Made by a program: the position numbers and the translations under genes
Notes under the pieces: model-generated
The model's database searches: none
Told to the model about the DNA's origin: nothing
The model's input: the letters and a program-made list of their open reading frames with translations, nothing else
Shown: positions 1-7,924 of the stretch, in pieces
How positions within the stretch are numbered: position 1 is the stretch's first letter
How the letters are laid out: each line of letters opens with the position of its first letter
Assembly: GCA_964452165.1 (NCBI GenBank)
Contig: CAYVKP010000002.1
Location: forward strand, 24,074 to 88,073
Length of the DNA stretch: 64,000 bases
DNA from: an uncultured Gammaproteobacteria bacterium
GTDB taxonomy: Bacteria > Patescibacteriota > Microgenomatia > Levybacterales > GWA1-39-11
Direction of reading: 5' to 3'

Positions 1-385
1 CGATTATTGTTCTTTTTGTACTCCTTTCTTTCAAAAAAATGAAAGAGCCAAATATTATGAAAATAGGAGCAGCACAAGAAATTATTGAAGCATTAATGCT
101 TGGCGCGTTCTTAAGACCTACAAAATAGAAAGAAATATTGATGGTTACCGAGAGTAGTGACATTAAAATTAATTTTTGCCAGTCTTGTCGGTCGACCTTT
201 AACTTACTAGCGACAAAAGGAAATAGAATAAGCGCACCAAGGAAGAACCTAAAGAAAGCTAATGTGAAGGGACCAATATCTTCAAGCGCCCATTTGAAAA
301 TTGGAGGACCCGCACCCCAAATAGTATTGGCCAGGATTAAAGCAATAACTGCGGCTCTGAACTTATTAGAACTAAGAAATTGCAT
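1..385 (-). CDS. EamA/DMT family transporter (partial, runs off the window start)
   Basis: Manual translation MQFLSSNKFRAAVIALILANTIWGAGPPIFKWALEDIGPFTLAFFRF...GLKNAPSINASII shows typical EamA motifs; start overlaps the hisS stop. Confidence 0.85.
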   Translation of the reverse strand, partial: MQFLSSNKFRAAVIALILANTIWGAGPPIFKWALEDIGPFTLAFFRFFLGALILFPFVASKLKVDRQDWQKLILMSLLSVTINISFYFVGLKNAPSINASIISCAAPIFIIFGSFIFLKERSTKRTII

Positions 386-1577
386 TGGGCAGATCTGAAA
401 GGCTAACTGTTTGTTGTTCGCCGGTTCCCATATTTTTGATTGTCGCGCTGTTGGTCTCAGCCTCTTTAGGACCGATTATTACAACGTAAGGAATGGATTT
501 GGTATTAGCGTATTTCAATTGCTTGTCCATTTTTGCGCCTGTCTCAAAATAGATTTCGGCGCCGACTCCGGCTTTTCTCAAAACCTCAACGGCTTCAAGA
601 GACTTCGTAACAACACTATCGGAAAAAACCGTAACCAAAGCCTTTGAGGTTGATGAGAAGTTTGGCAACAAGCCTTTTTGTTCGAGTACTTCCATGGTTC
701 TATCAAATCCAAGGCCAAACCCAACCGCGGGAAGGCTTTGGCCAGTAAAATTGCCGATTAAATTATCCCATCGGCCGCCACTACACATGGATCCAGTTGA
801 TTCCTGCGTAACCGTTTCAAAAATCATGCCGGTATAATAATCAAGTCCGCGGGCAAGAGTTGGAGTGTAGTTAACTTTTCCCAAAACGTCTTTACCCATT
901 GCCTTAAGCTTGTCGAGAATTTTTTGTAAGTCTTCAGTCAGGAATTTATTCTGGAGCGCAGCCAGTGCCTCCTTTGCGTCTTGGTCAGCCATTCCTTTTT
1001 CAATCATCTCAGCCAAAACCGCGCTTTCGCCAATTTTCTCAAGTTTATCTATTGCGGCAACATATTTTTTATCAAGATCGGCAAAATTTGCCCTGTCGTT
1101 AACTTTTATACTGACCTCAAGACCCAGAGCGTCGTAAATATCTAAAACTAGTGCCAAAATTTCAGCATCTGCTAGAGCAGAGGAGGAGCCGATAATATCC
1201 GCGTCGCATTGAATAAACTCCCTGTAGCGCCCCTTCTGCGTATTTTCACCCCGCCAGACGTTTTGTATTTGGTAGCGTTTAAACGGCTTTGGAAGCGTAG
1301 GGTATTGGGCCATAACGCGGGCCAAAGGGACAGTTTGATCATATCTTAGCGCAACATTGTCTCCGCCTTTTGTCTCAAATTCATAAATCAGTTTTTCCTC
1401 CTCGCCATATTTGCCTTTTAAAATATCAGCATATTCAAGAGTTGGAGTTTCAAGTGGCTCAAAACCATAGGACTCAAACACCTTTCGCAAAGTGTCAATT
1501 ACATACTGCCTTTTTCGCGCCTCCGCCGGCAGGAAGTCGCGAAAACCCTTTAGTGTTCTAGGTTCGATTTTACTCAT
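372..1577 (-). CDS. hisS: Histidine--tRNA ligase
   Basis: GFRDFLP, LRYDQT, GRYREF and RGLDYYTG motifs plus C-terminal anticodon-binding domain. Confidence 0.97.
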   Translation of the reverse strand: MSKIEPRTLKGFRDFLPAEARKRQYVIDTLRKVFESYGFEPLETPTLEYADILKGKYGEEEKLIYEFETKGGDNVALRYDQTVPLARVMAQYPTLPKPFKRYQIQNVWRGENTQKGRYREFIQCDADIIGSSSALADAEILALVLDIYDALGLEVSIKVNDRANFADLDKKYVAAIDKLEKIGESAVLAEMIEKGMADQDAKEALAALQNKFLTEDLQKILDKLKAMGKDVLGKVNYTPTLARGLDYYTGMIFETVTQESTGSMCSGGRWDNLIGNFTGQSLPAVGFGLGFDRTMEVLEQKGLLPNFSSTSKALVTVFSDSVVTKSLEAVEVLRKAGVGAEIYFETGAKMDKQLKYANTKSIPYVVIIGPKEAETNSATIKNMGTGEQQTVSLSDLPNAIS

Positions 1578-1597
1578 AGTACTATGATAGCATAAGT

Positions 1598-1924
1598 TTA
1601 TTTATTTTCTGAACTTATGTGTCTGACGAACAACTGAGCTCCAGAACCAAGATGGACCCTAGCCCTTTGATCTTTATCCAAAACTGCTGTAGTATTTGGG
1701 CGGAGAAGTCTCTGGAAGCCGCCGGGAGTGAATTTTTCAATAAAGGGCATTTCCCCAGTTATTGTTATAACTCCACCCGAATCATCATCTTTGCAAAAAA
1801 CATCTACCGTCGTTGTTTGACGCGTAGGTGCGGAGAGAGTTTCTTTTTCTCCTGGTTTGACCGTGAATCTACGGTCCTTGGCAGGTTCATCTTCTGATCT
1901 GAACCCGCATTCTATTGGTGCCAT
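1598..1924 (-). CDS. Hypothetical protein
   Basis: 108-aa ORF co-oriented between the racemase and hisS; no recognisable motif. Confidence 0.6.
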   Translation of the reverse strand: MAPIECGFRSEDEPAKDRRFTVKPGEKETLSAPTRQTTTVDVFCKDDDSGGVITITGEMPFIEKFTPGGFQRLLRPNTTAVLDKDQRARVHLGSGAQLFVRHISSENK

Positions 1925-1930
1925 ATTTTC

Positions 1931-2632
1931 TCACCTCCTTCCATAATGTTTTCTCAAAAGAGCTCTTGCGAGTATCTCTATTGAGTCAAAGACGGGTAGG
2001 GGAAAGTTTTTCGGAAAAATGAGGGGCAATTCTGTACAACCCAAGACGATTCCCTGAGCTCCTCTTATTTCCAAAGATTGGCTAATTTCTAGCAATCTTT
2101 CCTTATCTGTTTTATTGACTTTTCCGGCCAAAATATTTCTTATAATGCTTTCCAGAATTTCAATTTGTTTTTCGGAAGGAATAACTACTTCGATGCTTTG
2201 CTCGGCAAGAGCTTTTTGAAACAAACCAGAGTTAATTGCGATTGGGCTACCCATAAGTCCTATCCTCTTAAGCTTGGTATCAACGACGCGTTTGGTAACT
2301 TCCTCGATTATGGAGACGAAGGGAACTTCTGTTTGGTTTTGCAAATCCACCAGCATGACGTGAGCCGTATTGCAGGCGATCGCAAAGCAGGTTGGTCCAA
2401 AAGTCTCGAGTTTCTTAACTCGCTCGCTAAGAATTAACAGGGCCCTTTTTACATTCTCTTTGTCTGAAACAAAATTGGGTACAGGAACAGAATCCAGGAT
2501 AAATTCAGGAAAATCGGAATCAATTTTTGCCCCAAAATCACGCGAAGACAGGCTAATTAACACCTCGAGAAGCTTAGTTGAAGCCTGAGGTCCCATTCCG
2601 CCTAATATTGCAATAGTTTTATTGTTTTTCAT
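1931..2632 (-). CDS. Aspartate/glutamate racemase family amino-acid racemase (RacX/YgeA-like)
   Basis: ILGGMGP N-terminus; both catalytic Cys motifs IACNTAH and LGCTELP. Confidence 0.92.
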   Translation of the reverse strand: MKNNKTIAILGGMGPQASTKLLEVLISLSSRDFGAKIDSDFPEFILDSVPVPNFVSDKENVKRALLILSERVKKLETFGPTCFAIACNTAHVMLVDLQNQTEVPFVSIIEEVTKRVVDTKLKRIGLMGSPIAINSGLFQKALAEQSIEVVIPSEKQIEILESIIRNILAGKVNKTDKERLLEISQSLEIRGAQGIVLGCTELPLIFPKNFPLPVFDSIEILARALLRKHYGRR

Positions 2633-2646
2633 ATGTTTTTGCCACT

Positions 2647-2669
2647 AAAAAACCGCCTTTCGGCGGTTG
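2647..2669 (-). terminator. Intrinsic terminator in the racemase leader (attenuator)
   Basis: Minus strand AACCGCC-GAAA-GGCGGTT running into a T tract, about 15 nt before the racemase ATG. Confidence 0.85.
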
Positions 2670-2707
2670 CTATGTAAATTTCAGTTAAACCACGAAATTA
2701 CAACCGC

Positions 2708-2755
2708 CTAGAGCGAGCTGTAATAATGATAGTTTAGTGCTGAAATCGCTTTCAT
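2708..2755 (-). CDS. Putative attenuator leader peptide MKAISALNYHYYSSL
   Basis: 15-aa ORF with TAT CAT TAT TAC; the stop overlaps the antiterminator segment GGCGGTTG. Confidence 0.75.
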   Translation of the reverse strand: MKAISALNYHYYSSL

Positions 2756-2762
2756 TAAAAAT

Positions 2763-2791
2763 ATTGTCTCATAGTTATATAATTTTGTCAA
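2763..2791 (-). promoter_or_regulatory. Sigma70-type promoter for the leader/racemase
   Basis: TTGACA-17 nt-GACAAT, ending 7 nt before the leader ATG. Confidence 0.7.
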
Positions 2792-2803
2792 ACTGAGGCT
2801 GAA

Positions 2804-3304
2804 TTATTCAGTTTTGGTGAGGACTTTGTGGGCGCGGCGGCGTTTTGTTCGCTTTCTAAAATTCTCTGACAAAACGCTGATGTTTCCGTCGAGCTCTAAA
2901 ATTGCCAGGTCTACGTCCGCAATATTCTTTACTCCATGCTCGCGAACAACGGCATCCAGCTCGTCGTGCGAGATTTTTGCCTTATTGAGGTTTGCCGTTA
3001 TCTCTTTTCCTTCATAAATTAACATTAAAGCGTGGCCCTGAAAAAAAGCGGAAAAGCGGGCAGATTTATAGAAGAGAGTACCAAAAATGAAGTTTATGAC
3101 AAAAAGAGAAGCTGCGGCAATAAGTCCGCCAAGAAGAGAAGTGTTGTCCCCAACCATTGCGTTTTGAACAGCGTTTGAGATTAAAAGGATAAAGACAAGA
3201 TCGGTAATTGAGAGTTGCGCTATCTCGCGCTTTCCAAAAAGCCGGATAGCAACAACTATAAATACGTAGACCGCAACGGTTCTGATTAAGATCGGCAACA
3301 TCAT
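2804..3304 (-). CDS. DUF421/YetF family membrane protein
   Basis: RLFGKREIAQLSITD and AILELDGNISV motifs. Confidence 0.9.
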   Translation of the reverse strand: MMLPILIRTVAVYVFIVVAIRLFGKREIAQLSITDLVFILLISNAVQNAMVGDNTSLLGGLIAAASLFVINFIFGTLFYKSARFSAFFQGHALMLIYEGKEITANLNKAKISHDELDAVVREHGVKNIADVDLAILELDGNISVLSENFRKRTKRRRAHKVLTKTE

Positions 3305-3319
3305 ATTTTCATTATACTC

Positions 3320-4117
3320 TTATCCTATAGAGCTTTGTGAAGCGCCTGTTTCAGCTTTTGTTTCAGTGCGTTTTTTAATCTCTTTTTTCCTCATTTTAGT
3401 TTTTGGCTGCTTGGGTTGGCCGGTTTTTCTACCCACGGGCTGTTCAAAAGACTCGGCCATTTCTTGTTCTTTGTCTTGTTTTTTCCTTAGTTCTTCTTCT
3501 TCCACCTCTTGCCTCGATGTTTTTATATTCGGATTTTCTCTTTTGACTCCGTACTGATTGACCTCGGCACGTTGATCTTGAGCGGCCATTTGGATTTGTT
3601 CGGCAGAGACGTTAGTCGTAAGTTTTTTATTATTAAAAACATTTACAACCGGGGCTTTTTGTTTTTCGTGCGAACCGAAAATCTGTTCTCCAATCTCGCT
3701 TTTAGACTTGGGAGTAGAATCGGCAGGACGCGCAATATCCTCAATGTTTTTACCGCGAAGCAAATCAGCATTCAAGTTTTGCGCGTTATCTTCTCCCGCG
3801 CCGGCGGGCTTTTGCACGTCTTCGACGTTTGCTCCTGACAAAAGTTTTGAATTAAGGTCGTGCGCTTCGTGAGTTGACTGGTCGGCCTTGCCAAGCCCTG
3901 CAATTTGTCCGAGTTCACGGACAATATCGGACTCTTTTTGAGGGACTGACTTTTCTCCCTCCGCAGCTTTTTTTACGGCATCATCTGTTGGAATGTCTGC
4001 GCCAAAAGCTTGCCTCATAAAATCTTCACCGGTATCGTTGACGGTATCAACAACTGCTTTTTTTGTCTCTCTGAATGGCGCCTCCAGAACATTTATTAAG
4101 GTTTTTTTTACGGACAT
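3320..4117 (-). CDS. Hypothetical charged, low-complexity protein
   Basis: 265-aa ORF with a short internal repeat and a Lys/Glu-rich C-terminus. Confidence 0.7.
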   Translation of the reverse strand: MSVKKTLINVLEAPFRETKKAVVDTVNDTGEDFMRQAFGADIPTDDAVKKAAEGEKSVPQKESDIVRELGQIAGLGKADQSTHEAHDLNSKLLSGANVEDVQKPAGAGEDNAQNLNADLLRGKNIEDIARPADSTPKSKSEIGEQIFGSHEKQKAPVVNVFNNKKLTTNVSAEQIQMAAQDQRAEVNQYGVKRENPNIKTSRQEVEEEELRKKQDKEQEMAESFEQPVGRKTGQPKQPKTKMRKKEIKKRTETKAETGASQSSIG

Positions 4118-4238
4118 AGGAAAAGTTTAGCTTAAATTTACTCATGTTTGCAACAAAAAAGCTCTCTTTAAGCTTCCTTTCAGTTTTCATGCTTATATTT
4201 GTTTGACAGATCAATTGTTAGTGAATAAAATATATCCC

Positions 4239-5381
4239 ATGAAGAGTAGGAATCTAATAATTCTCGTCTTGGTTTTAATCGCAGCCCTTTTGGTGCTTAA
4301 AGGAATAGGAAGATTTCTACCCACGGCAGTTGCTCCAAAAAATGTAGCACCCGTATTAAATAACTTTAAGATTTCAGGACAAGAGTCCGTAGTTGATGTT
4401 GTCAAGGCCGTCGGCCCCTCAGTCGTCACGGTAGGCGCACAAGCTCAACCACAAAGCAGAAATTCTCAAAATGATCCTTTCGGATTTTTCTTTGATACTC
4501 CCCAGGCCCCACCGCCTTCTGATAACAACCAGACGGAGGATTATATAGGTAGTGGATTTGTTGTAGATTCCGCCGGCACAATTGTCACAAACAAGCACGT
4601 CGTTTCAGATTCAAGTCTTAAATATATCATCGTCGATTCTAAGGGCAATAAATACACCGTCTCAAATATTTACCGAGATCCATTGAATGATATAGCAATT
4701 CTTAAGGTTTCAAATCCTCCAAGCGGAGGATTTACGCAAGTTTCTTTTGGAGACTCAGACAAACTTGAAGTAGGGCAGTTTGCAATTGCAATTGGTACGG
4801 CGCTTGGACAATTTCGCAATACTGTAACAACTGGCGTTATCTCGGGTCTGGGCCGCGGAATCTCTGCGGGTTCACCCTTTGAAGGTTTTGTAGAACAGCT
4901 TGACAATGTAATCCAGACTGATGCGGCAATCAATCCCGGAAACTCCGGCGGACCGCTTCTCAACGCCGCAGGACAAGTTATTGGGATAAATACCGCTGTT
5001 GCATCCCAGGGTCAAAATATTGGTTTCGCGATTCCAATAAAAATTGTTAAGCAGTCTTTGGATGAGTTCAACAAGACCGGTCAATTCAACCGGCCATTCC
5101 TTGGTGTTTCTTACGTACTAATCAGCAGAAACGCGGCAATTATGAATGATCTGCCGGAAGGAGCATTGGTTAGAGATATTGTAAGCGGGTCCGCAGCGGA
5201 TCGTGCGGGCGTTAAGATAGATGACATAATCACCAAAATTGATGGACAAAAATTGACAACTGAAAACACACTTGCCACAATTGTCGCGAAGAAAAAAGTA
5301 GGAGACAGTGTCTCTTTGACCGTTTGGCGGGATAGTAAAACTATAGATCTTAAGGCCTCTTTGGGACAAGTCACTCAATAG
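4239..5381 (+). CDS. htrA: HtrA/DegP-like serine protease with PDZ domain
   Basis: TNKHVV, DIAIL and INPGNSGGPL triad motifs; N-terminal TM; PDZ; likely start MKSRN. Confidence 0.93.
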   Translation: MKSRNLIILVLVLIAALLVLKGIGRFLPTAVAPKNVAPVLNNFKISGQESVVDVVKAVGPSVVTVGAQAQPQSRNSQNDPFGFFFDTPQAPPPSDNNQTEDYIGSGFVVDSAGTIVTNKHVVSDSSLKYIIVDSKGNKYTVSNIYRDPLNDIAILKVSNPPSGGFTQVSFGDSDKLEVGQFAIAIGTALGQFRNTVTTGVISGLGRGISAGSPFEGFVEQLDNVIQTDAAINPGNSGGPLLNAAGQVIGINTAVASQGQNIGFAIPIKIVKQSLDEFNKTGQFNRPFLGVSYVLISRNAAIMNDLPEGALVRDIVSGSAADRAGVKIDDIITKIDGQKLTTENTLATIVAKKKVGDSVSLTVWRDSKTIDLKASLGQVTQ

Positions 5382-5539
5382 TCTGCAGCTCACCCTATAA
5401 TATAGTTGGTCAGCCTCCTGTTATGCTATAATCAGGCTACATTTGGAGCAATTTTCGGCGTTTGCATGCTGGATTTTTGTTCGAGGTGTTTCTTTAAACT
5501 TCTTTGCACATTAACAAGCTATTCAGTTTAAAAAATCTT

Positions 5540-5665
5540 CATCATAGGTGGAGCAGTGGACTTCAGTTAAATTCCAAAATCCAAATTCCAAATCTCAAAT
5601 TGTTCGAAAATTGGTGCTTGGCTATTGAAAATTACAAACTGAAGTTTGTTGTTCCATCTGTGATG
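5540..5665 (+). ncRNA. Long structured 5' leader stem of the small-ORF array
   Basis: 5540-5568 pairs with 5637-5665 over 29 nt; every non-Watson-Crick position is G-U on the + strand. Confidence 0.65.
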
Positions 5666-5706
5666 GAAAATAAAAATTTGCTCAGTGCGAGCAGAAAGAA
5701 GGGTAC

Positions 5707-5916
5707 ATGAATATGGTTATTGGTTTAACCGCTGTGTTTGCCTTTGGGGTTCTGTTTCTGTGGTTTGGAACCACGGGCGGTGTGCTCAAGCAAACAGGCG
5801 ATGCATCAAGAGCCAAGATCTTTGGAGTCGCGTTTTGCGCGATCTCCCTAGCTCTGGGAGCTCTTAGCCTTATTGTCCCGCAACTCGGATGGTTATCCGA
5901 ACAAGTCTCATCCTGA
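5707..5916 (+). CDS. Small two-TM membrane protein (array ORF 1)
   Basis: 69 aa, two hydrophobic segments, purine-rich RBS AGAAGGG. Confidence 0.7.
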   Translation: MNMVIGLTAVFAFGVLFLWFGTTGGVLKQTGDASRAKIFGVAFCAISLALGALSLIVPQLGWLSEQVSS

Positions 5917-5926
5917 GGAGGATGGA

Positions 5927-6211
5927 GTGAAAACATTCGCCAAGCTTGCCTCGGGGCTGCTGCTCATCGCGTATGCGATCAGAGTCGTGGTTCTCGCAGT
6001 AGGGGAGACTTTTCGTCAGGAAGACGAAGAGCCATGGATGCCCCACACAAAACTGCTCACGACATTTCCCGTGCGCATGGTAACGGCTGTGCTTTTGGAT
6101 ATAGTCCAGCTGCGCGACAAGATTCGTGAGCTCAAGAACTCGCCCCCAATGATGATTCTGCTCACCTACAACGACGCCGTAACTCGTGACATTCCCGAAC
6201 GTCGGGACTAG
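5927..6211 (+). CDS. Small membrane-anchored protein (array ORF 2)
   Basis: GTG start after GAGGAGG; N-terminal hydrophobic helix. Confidence 0.7.
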   Translation: MKTFAKLASGLLLIAYAIRVVVLAVGETFRQEDEEPWMPHTKLLTTFPVRMVTAVLLDIVQLRDKIRELKNSPPMMILLTYNDAVTRDIPERRD

Positions 6212-6240
6212 CCCTCGTCAAAAAAACGAGGAGAGAAAGG
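6209..6240 (+). repeat. Inter-ORF repeat copy 1 (stop-hairpin-RBS)
   Basis: TAGCCCTCGTCAAAAAAACGAGGAGAGAAAGG, near-identical to 6541-6571. Confidence 0.85.
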
Positions 6241-6249
6241 GAACGCGAA

Positions 6250-6543
6250 ATGAAGCTCATCAAGTTCGTCGTCGGGGCTCTATTGGGATCCTACATCGGT
6301 GCGTCGGCTGTTGAGGCCTATCGAGAAGCCGAAAAGGACAAGAAGGGAGCCCCTTGGGATGGTGACATCCAGAAGGTTCCAACGGCGGGTCTTGCTGTGA
6401 TCGTTCTCGTCTTTAATATTGTCGGCGATATCCTGGACTTCTCCGAAGAAGTGCTTGATACAATAGACAATATTGGTCACGTGGGATCTCGGCCACTCAG
6501 TCCGCCCAAATACCGTCGAACCAGACCGTACAGGGTCAGTTAG
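6250..6543 (+). CDS. Small membrane-anchored protein (array ORF 3)
   Basis: 97 aa, two hydrophobic segments, RBS inside the repeat. Confidence 0.75.
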   Translation: MKLIKFVVGALLGSYIGASAVEAYREAEKDKKGAPWDGDIQKVPTAGLAVIVLVFNIVGDILDFSEEVLDTIDNIGHVGSRPLSPPKYRRTRPYRVS

Positions 6544-6571
6544 CCCTCGCCTGAAAACGAGGAGAGAAAGG
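6541..6571 (+). repeat. Inter-ORF repeat copy 2 (stop-hairpin-RBS)
   Basis: TAGCCCTCGCCTGAAAACGAGGAGAGAAAGG. Confidence 0.85.
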
Positions 6572-6579
6572 TAAAGCTC

Positions 6580-7011
6580 ATGGTCCCCGCCAAGAAGCTA
6601 CTCGCGTTCATCGTTACCGCAGCGGCCTTTACGGTCGTCATGCTTGCGGTGCTTTTGGTGCCAGCAAGACTAGACAGCGCTGCGCCCTCACGGGTTGATA
6701 GCGCGGCTGCGCTCGAGCAAGGTCCGCCACCTACACCGATTCCCGCTCTAGCCAGCGTTGAAGAGGTAGTGAAGTACCTTGAAGAGTATCTGGGCCGTAG
6801 CGTTAAGGTTGAATGGAGTGGTCTTGACGAACGTAAGGACGGAGGAAAGCTAGGAGTTCAGTTCACGCTGGAACCGCGCGATCCCATGTTCTATGCAAGG
6901 TGTACGCACCCGGCTGCGGCTGTGTCAGAACTGCCGTGTAGCTTCGAGGGCCCGTACTATCCCACGCCAAGGTTTCGATTCGCTGACCCCGCACCCGTTG
7001 CAGACAGATAA
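6580..7011 (+). CDS. Secreted or membrane-anchored protein (array ORF 4)
   Basis: 143 aa, N-terminal TM, Pro/Ala linker, two Cys. Confidence 0.75.
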   Translation: MVPAKKLLAFIVTAAAFTVVMLAVLLVPARLDSAAPSRVDSAAALEQGPPPTPIPALASVEEVVKYLEEYLGRSVKVEWSGLDERKDGGKLGVQFTLEPRDPMFYARCTHPAAAVSELPCSFEGPYYPTPRFRFADPAPVADR

Positions 7012-7031
7012 CCAGGAAGGAGAATAACGCT

Positions 7032-7295
7032 ATGTTTCCTCTGATCTTCGTGGTCTTGATAGCCGCCGGAGTGCTTCTTGCCGTTTTCGTGATGGCACGA
7101 CACGTTTACCGACGAAACAAGGCGGATAAAGCCCTCATCAGGTTTCGAGAGTGGAACTCGGGTAATGTACCCCTTCCTTCTCGCAGAACGGTCGATAACA
7201 GGTTCGAGGAGCTTCATCCGGGATACATCAGCGCGGAGCTGCATGATCTAAGGCATGAAATCCTGCATAAGATCAACGCACAGCGCCGTAGCTAG
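7032..7295 (+). CDS. Small single-TM protein (array ORF 5)
   Basis: 87 aa, N-terminal TM, AAGGAG RBS. Confidence 0.75.
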   Translation: MFPLIFVVLIAAGVLLAVFVMARHVYRRNKADKALIRFREWNSGNVPLPSRRTVDNRFEELHPGYISAELHDLRHEILHKINAQRRS

Positions 7296-7323
7296 CCAGA
7301 TCTTCTGAGTAGAGAGGAGTACG

Positions 7324-7416
7324 ATGGAAAAAGCCATTATCATCGGGATTCTGTTTGTAGGATTCTGGACCGCGATCTCAATCGCCCAGCACTTCACGGA
7401 CAAGAAGCCCGCGTAG
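7324..7416 (+). CDS. 30-aa single-TM peptide (array ORF 6), MEKAIIIGILFVGFWTAISIAQHFTDKKPA
   Basis: Not in the ORF track; GAGGAG RBS, hydrophobic core, fills the gap between ORFs 5 and 7. Confidence 0.65.
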   Translation: MEKAIIIGILFVGFWTAISIAQHFTDKKPA

Positions 7417-7442
7417 TTCTGCCGCAGAGAGGAAGCAAGATC

Positions 7443-7721
7443 GTGCGCTTAGCTCTAGGGCTCATCCTCATCCTGGTCGGCATCGGAATTTTCTTACTCG
7501 GACCTGTTCTGTTTAGGGAGTGGTTCAAGAGAACACCTCAAAACGTCAAGTCAGGTCTGTTATGGTTGAATCCGATGCTAGTCTTGGTAGGTATCTGGGT
7601 GATTTTCGAACCTCCAGACGTTCTTGTGATAGTCGGGATGGTTTCGATGTGCATACTCGGAGTTCGGAACTTACTCAAGAGAGCTGTATTGCCTGAGTAC
7701 CACCAGGTTAAAACTGAATAG
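7443..7721 (+). CDS. Small three-TM membrane protein (array ORF 7)
   Basis: 92 aa, GTG start after GAGGAAG, three hydrophobic segments. Confidence 0.75.
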   Translation: MRLALGLILILVGIGIFLLGPVLFREWFKRTPQNVKSGLLWLNPMLVLVGIWVIFEPPDVLVIVGMVSMCILGVRNLLKRAVLPEYHQVKTE

Positions 7722-7750
7722 CGATCGCTAAATGCGGTGCAAAGAATTAC

Positions 7751-7852
7751 GGGCTCGAGGAAGAGCAAGATCAGATGAACTGTGGGGACATGCGTCTTCA
7801 CTTTACGCTTCATGCGTATTCATTTCTTCTTTCTTTTCTTCGGGCCCTTTTT
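7751..7852 (+). terminator. Branched 3' RNA structure/terminator closing the array
   Basis: 7751-7764 pairs with 7834-7847 (with G-U), encloses two hairpins and is followed by a T tract. Confidence 0.6.
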
Positions 7853-7924
7853 CTTGACTATTGTTTTTTAGGCCTCAATTTTGTATCATTACGTTTGATC
7901 CTCGCATAAAGCGGGAAATTTTTT

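Noticed and set aside
2640-2760. T-box riboswitch, or an Ile/Thr leader (TIIIT in another frame)
   Set aside because: No T-box consensus and too short; the TIIIT frame has a TAA immediately upstream and no start codon
6209-6571. CRISPR array or integron attC sites
   Set aside because: Only two repeats, separated by a whole ORF; no cas genes, no RYYYAAC/GTTRRRY ends and no integron integrase
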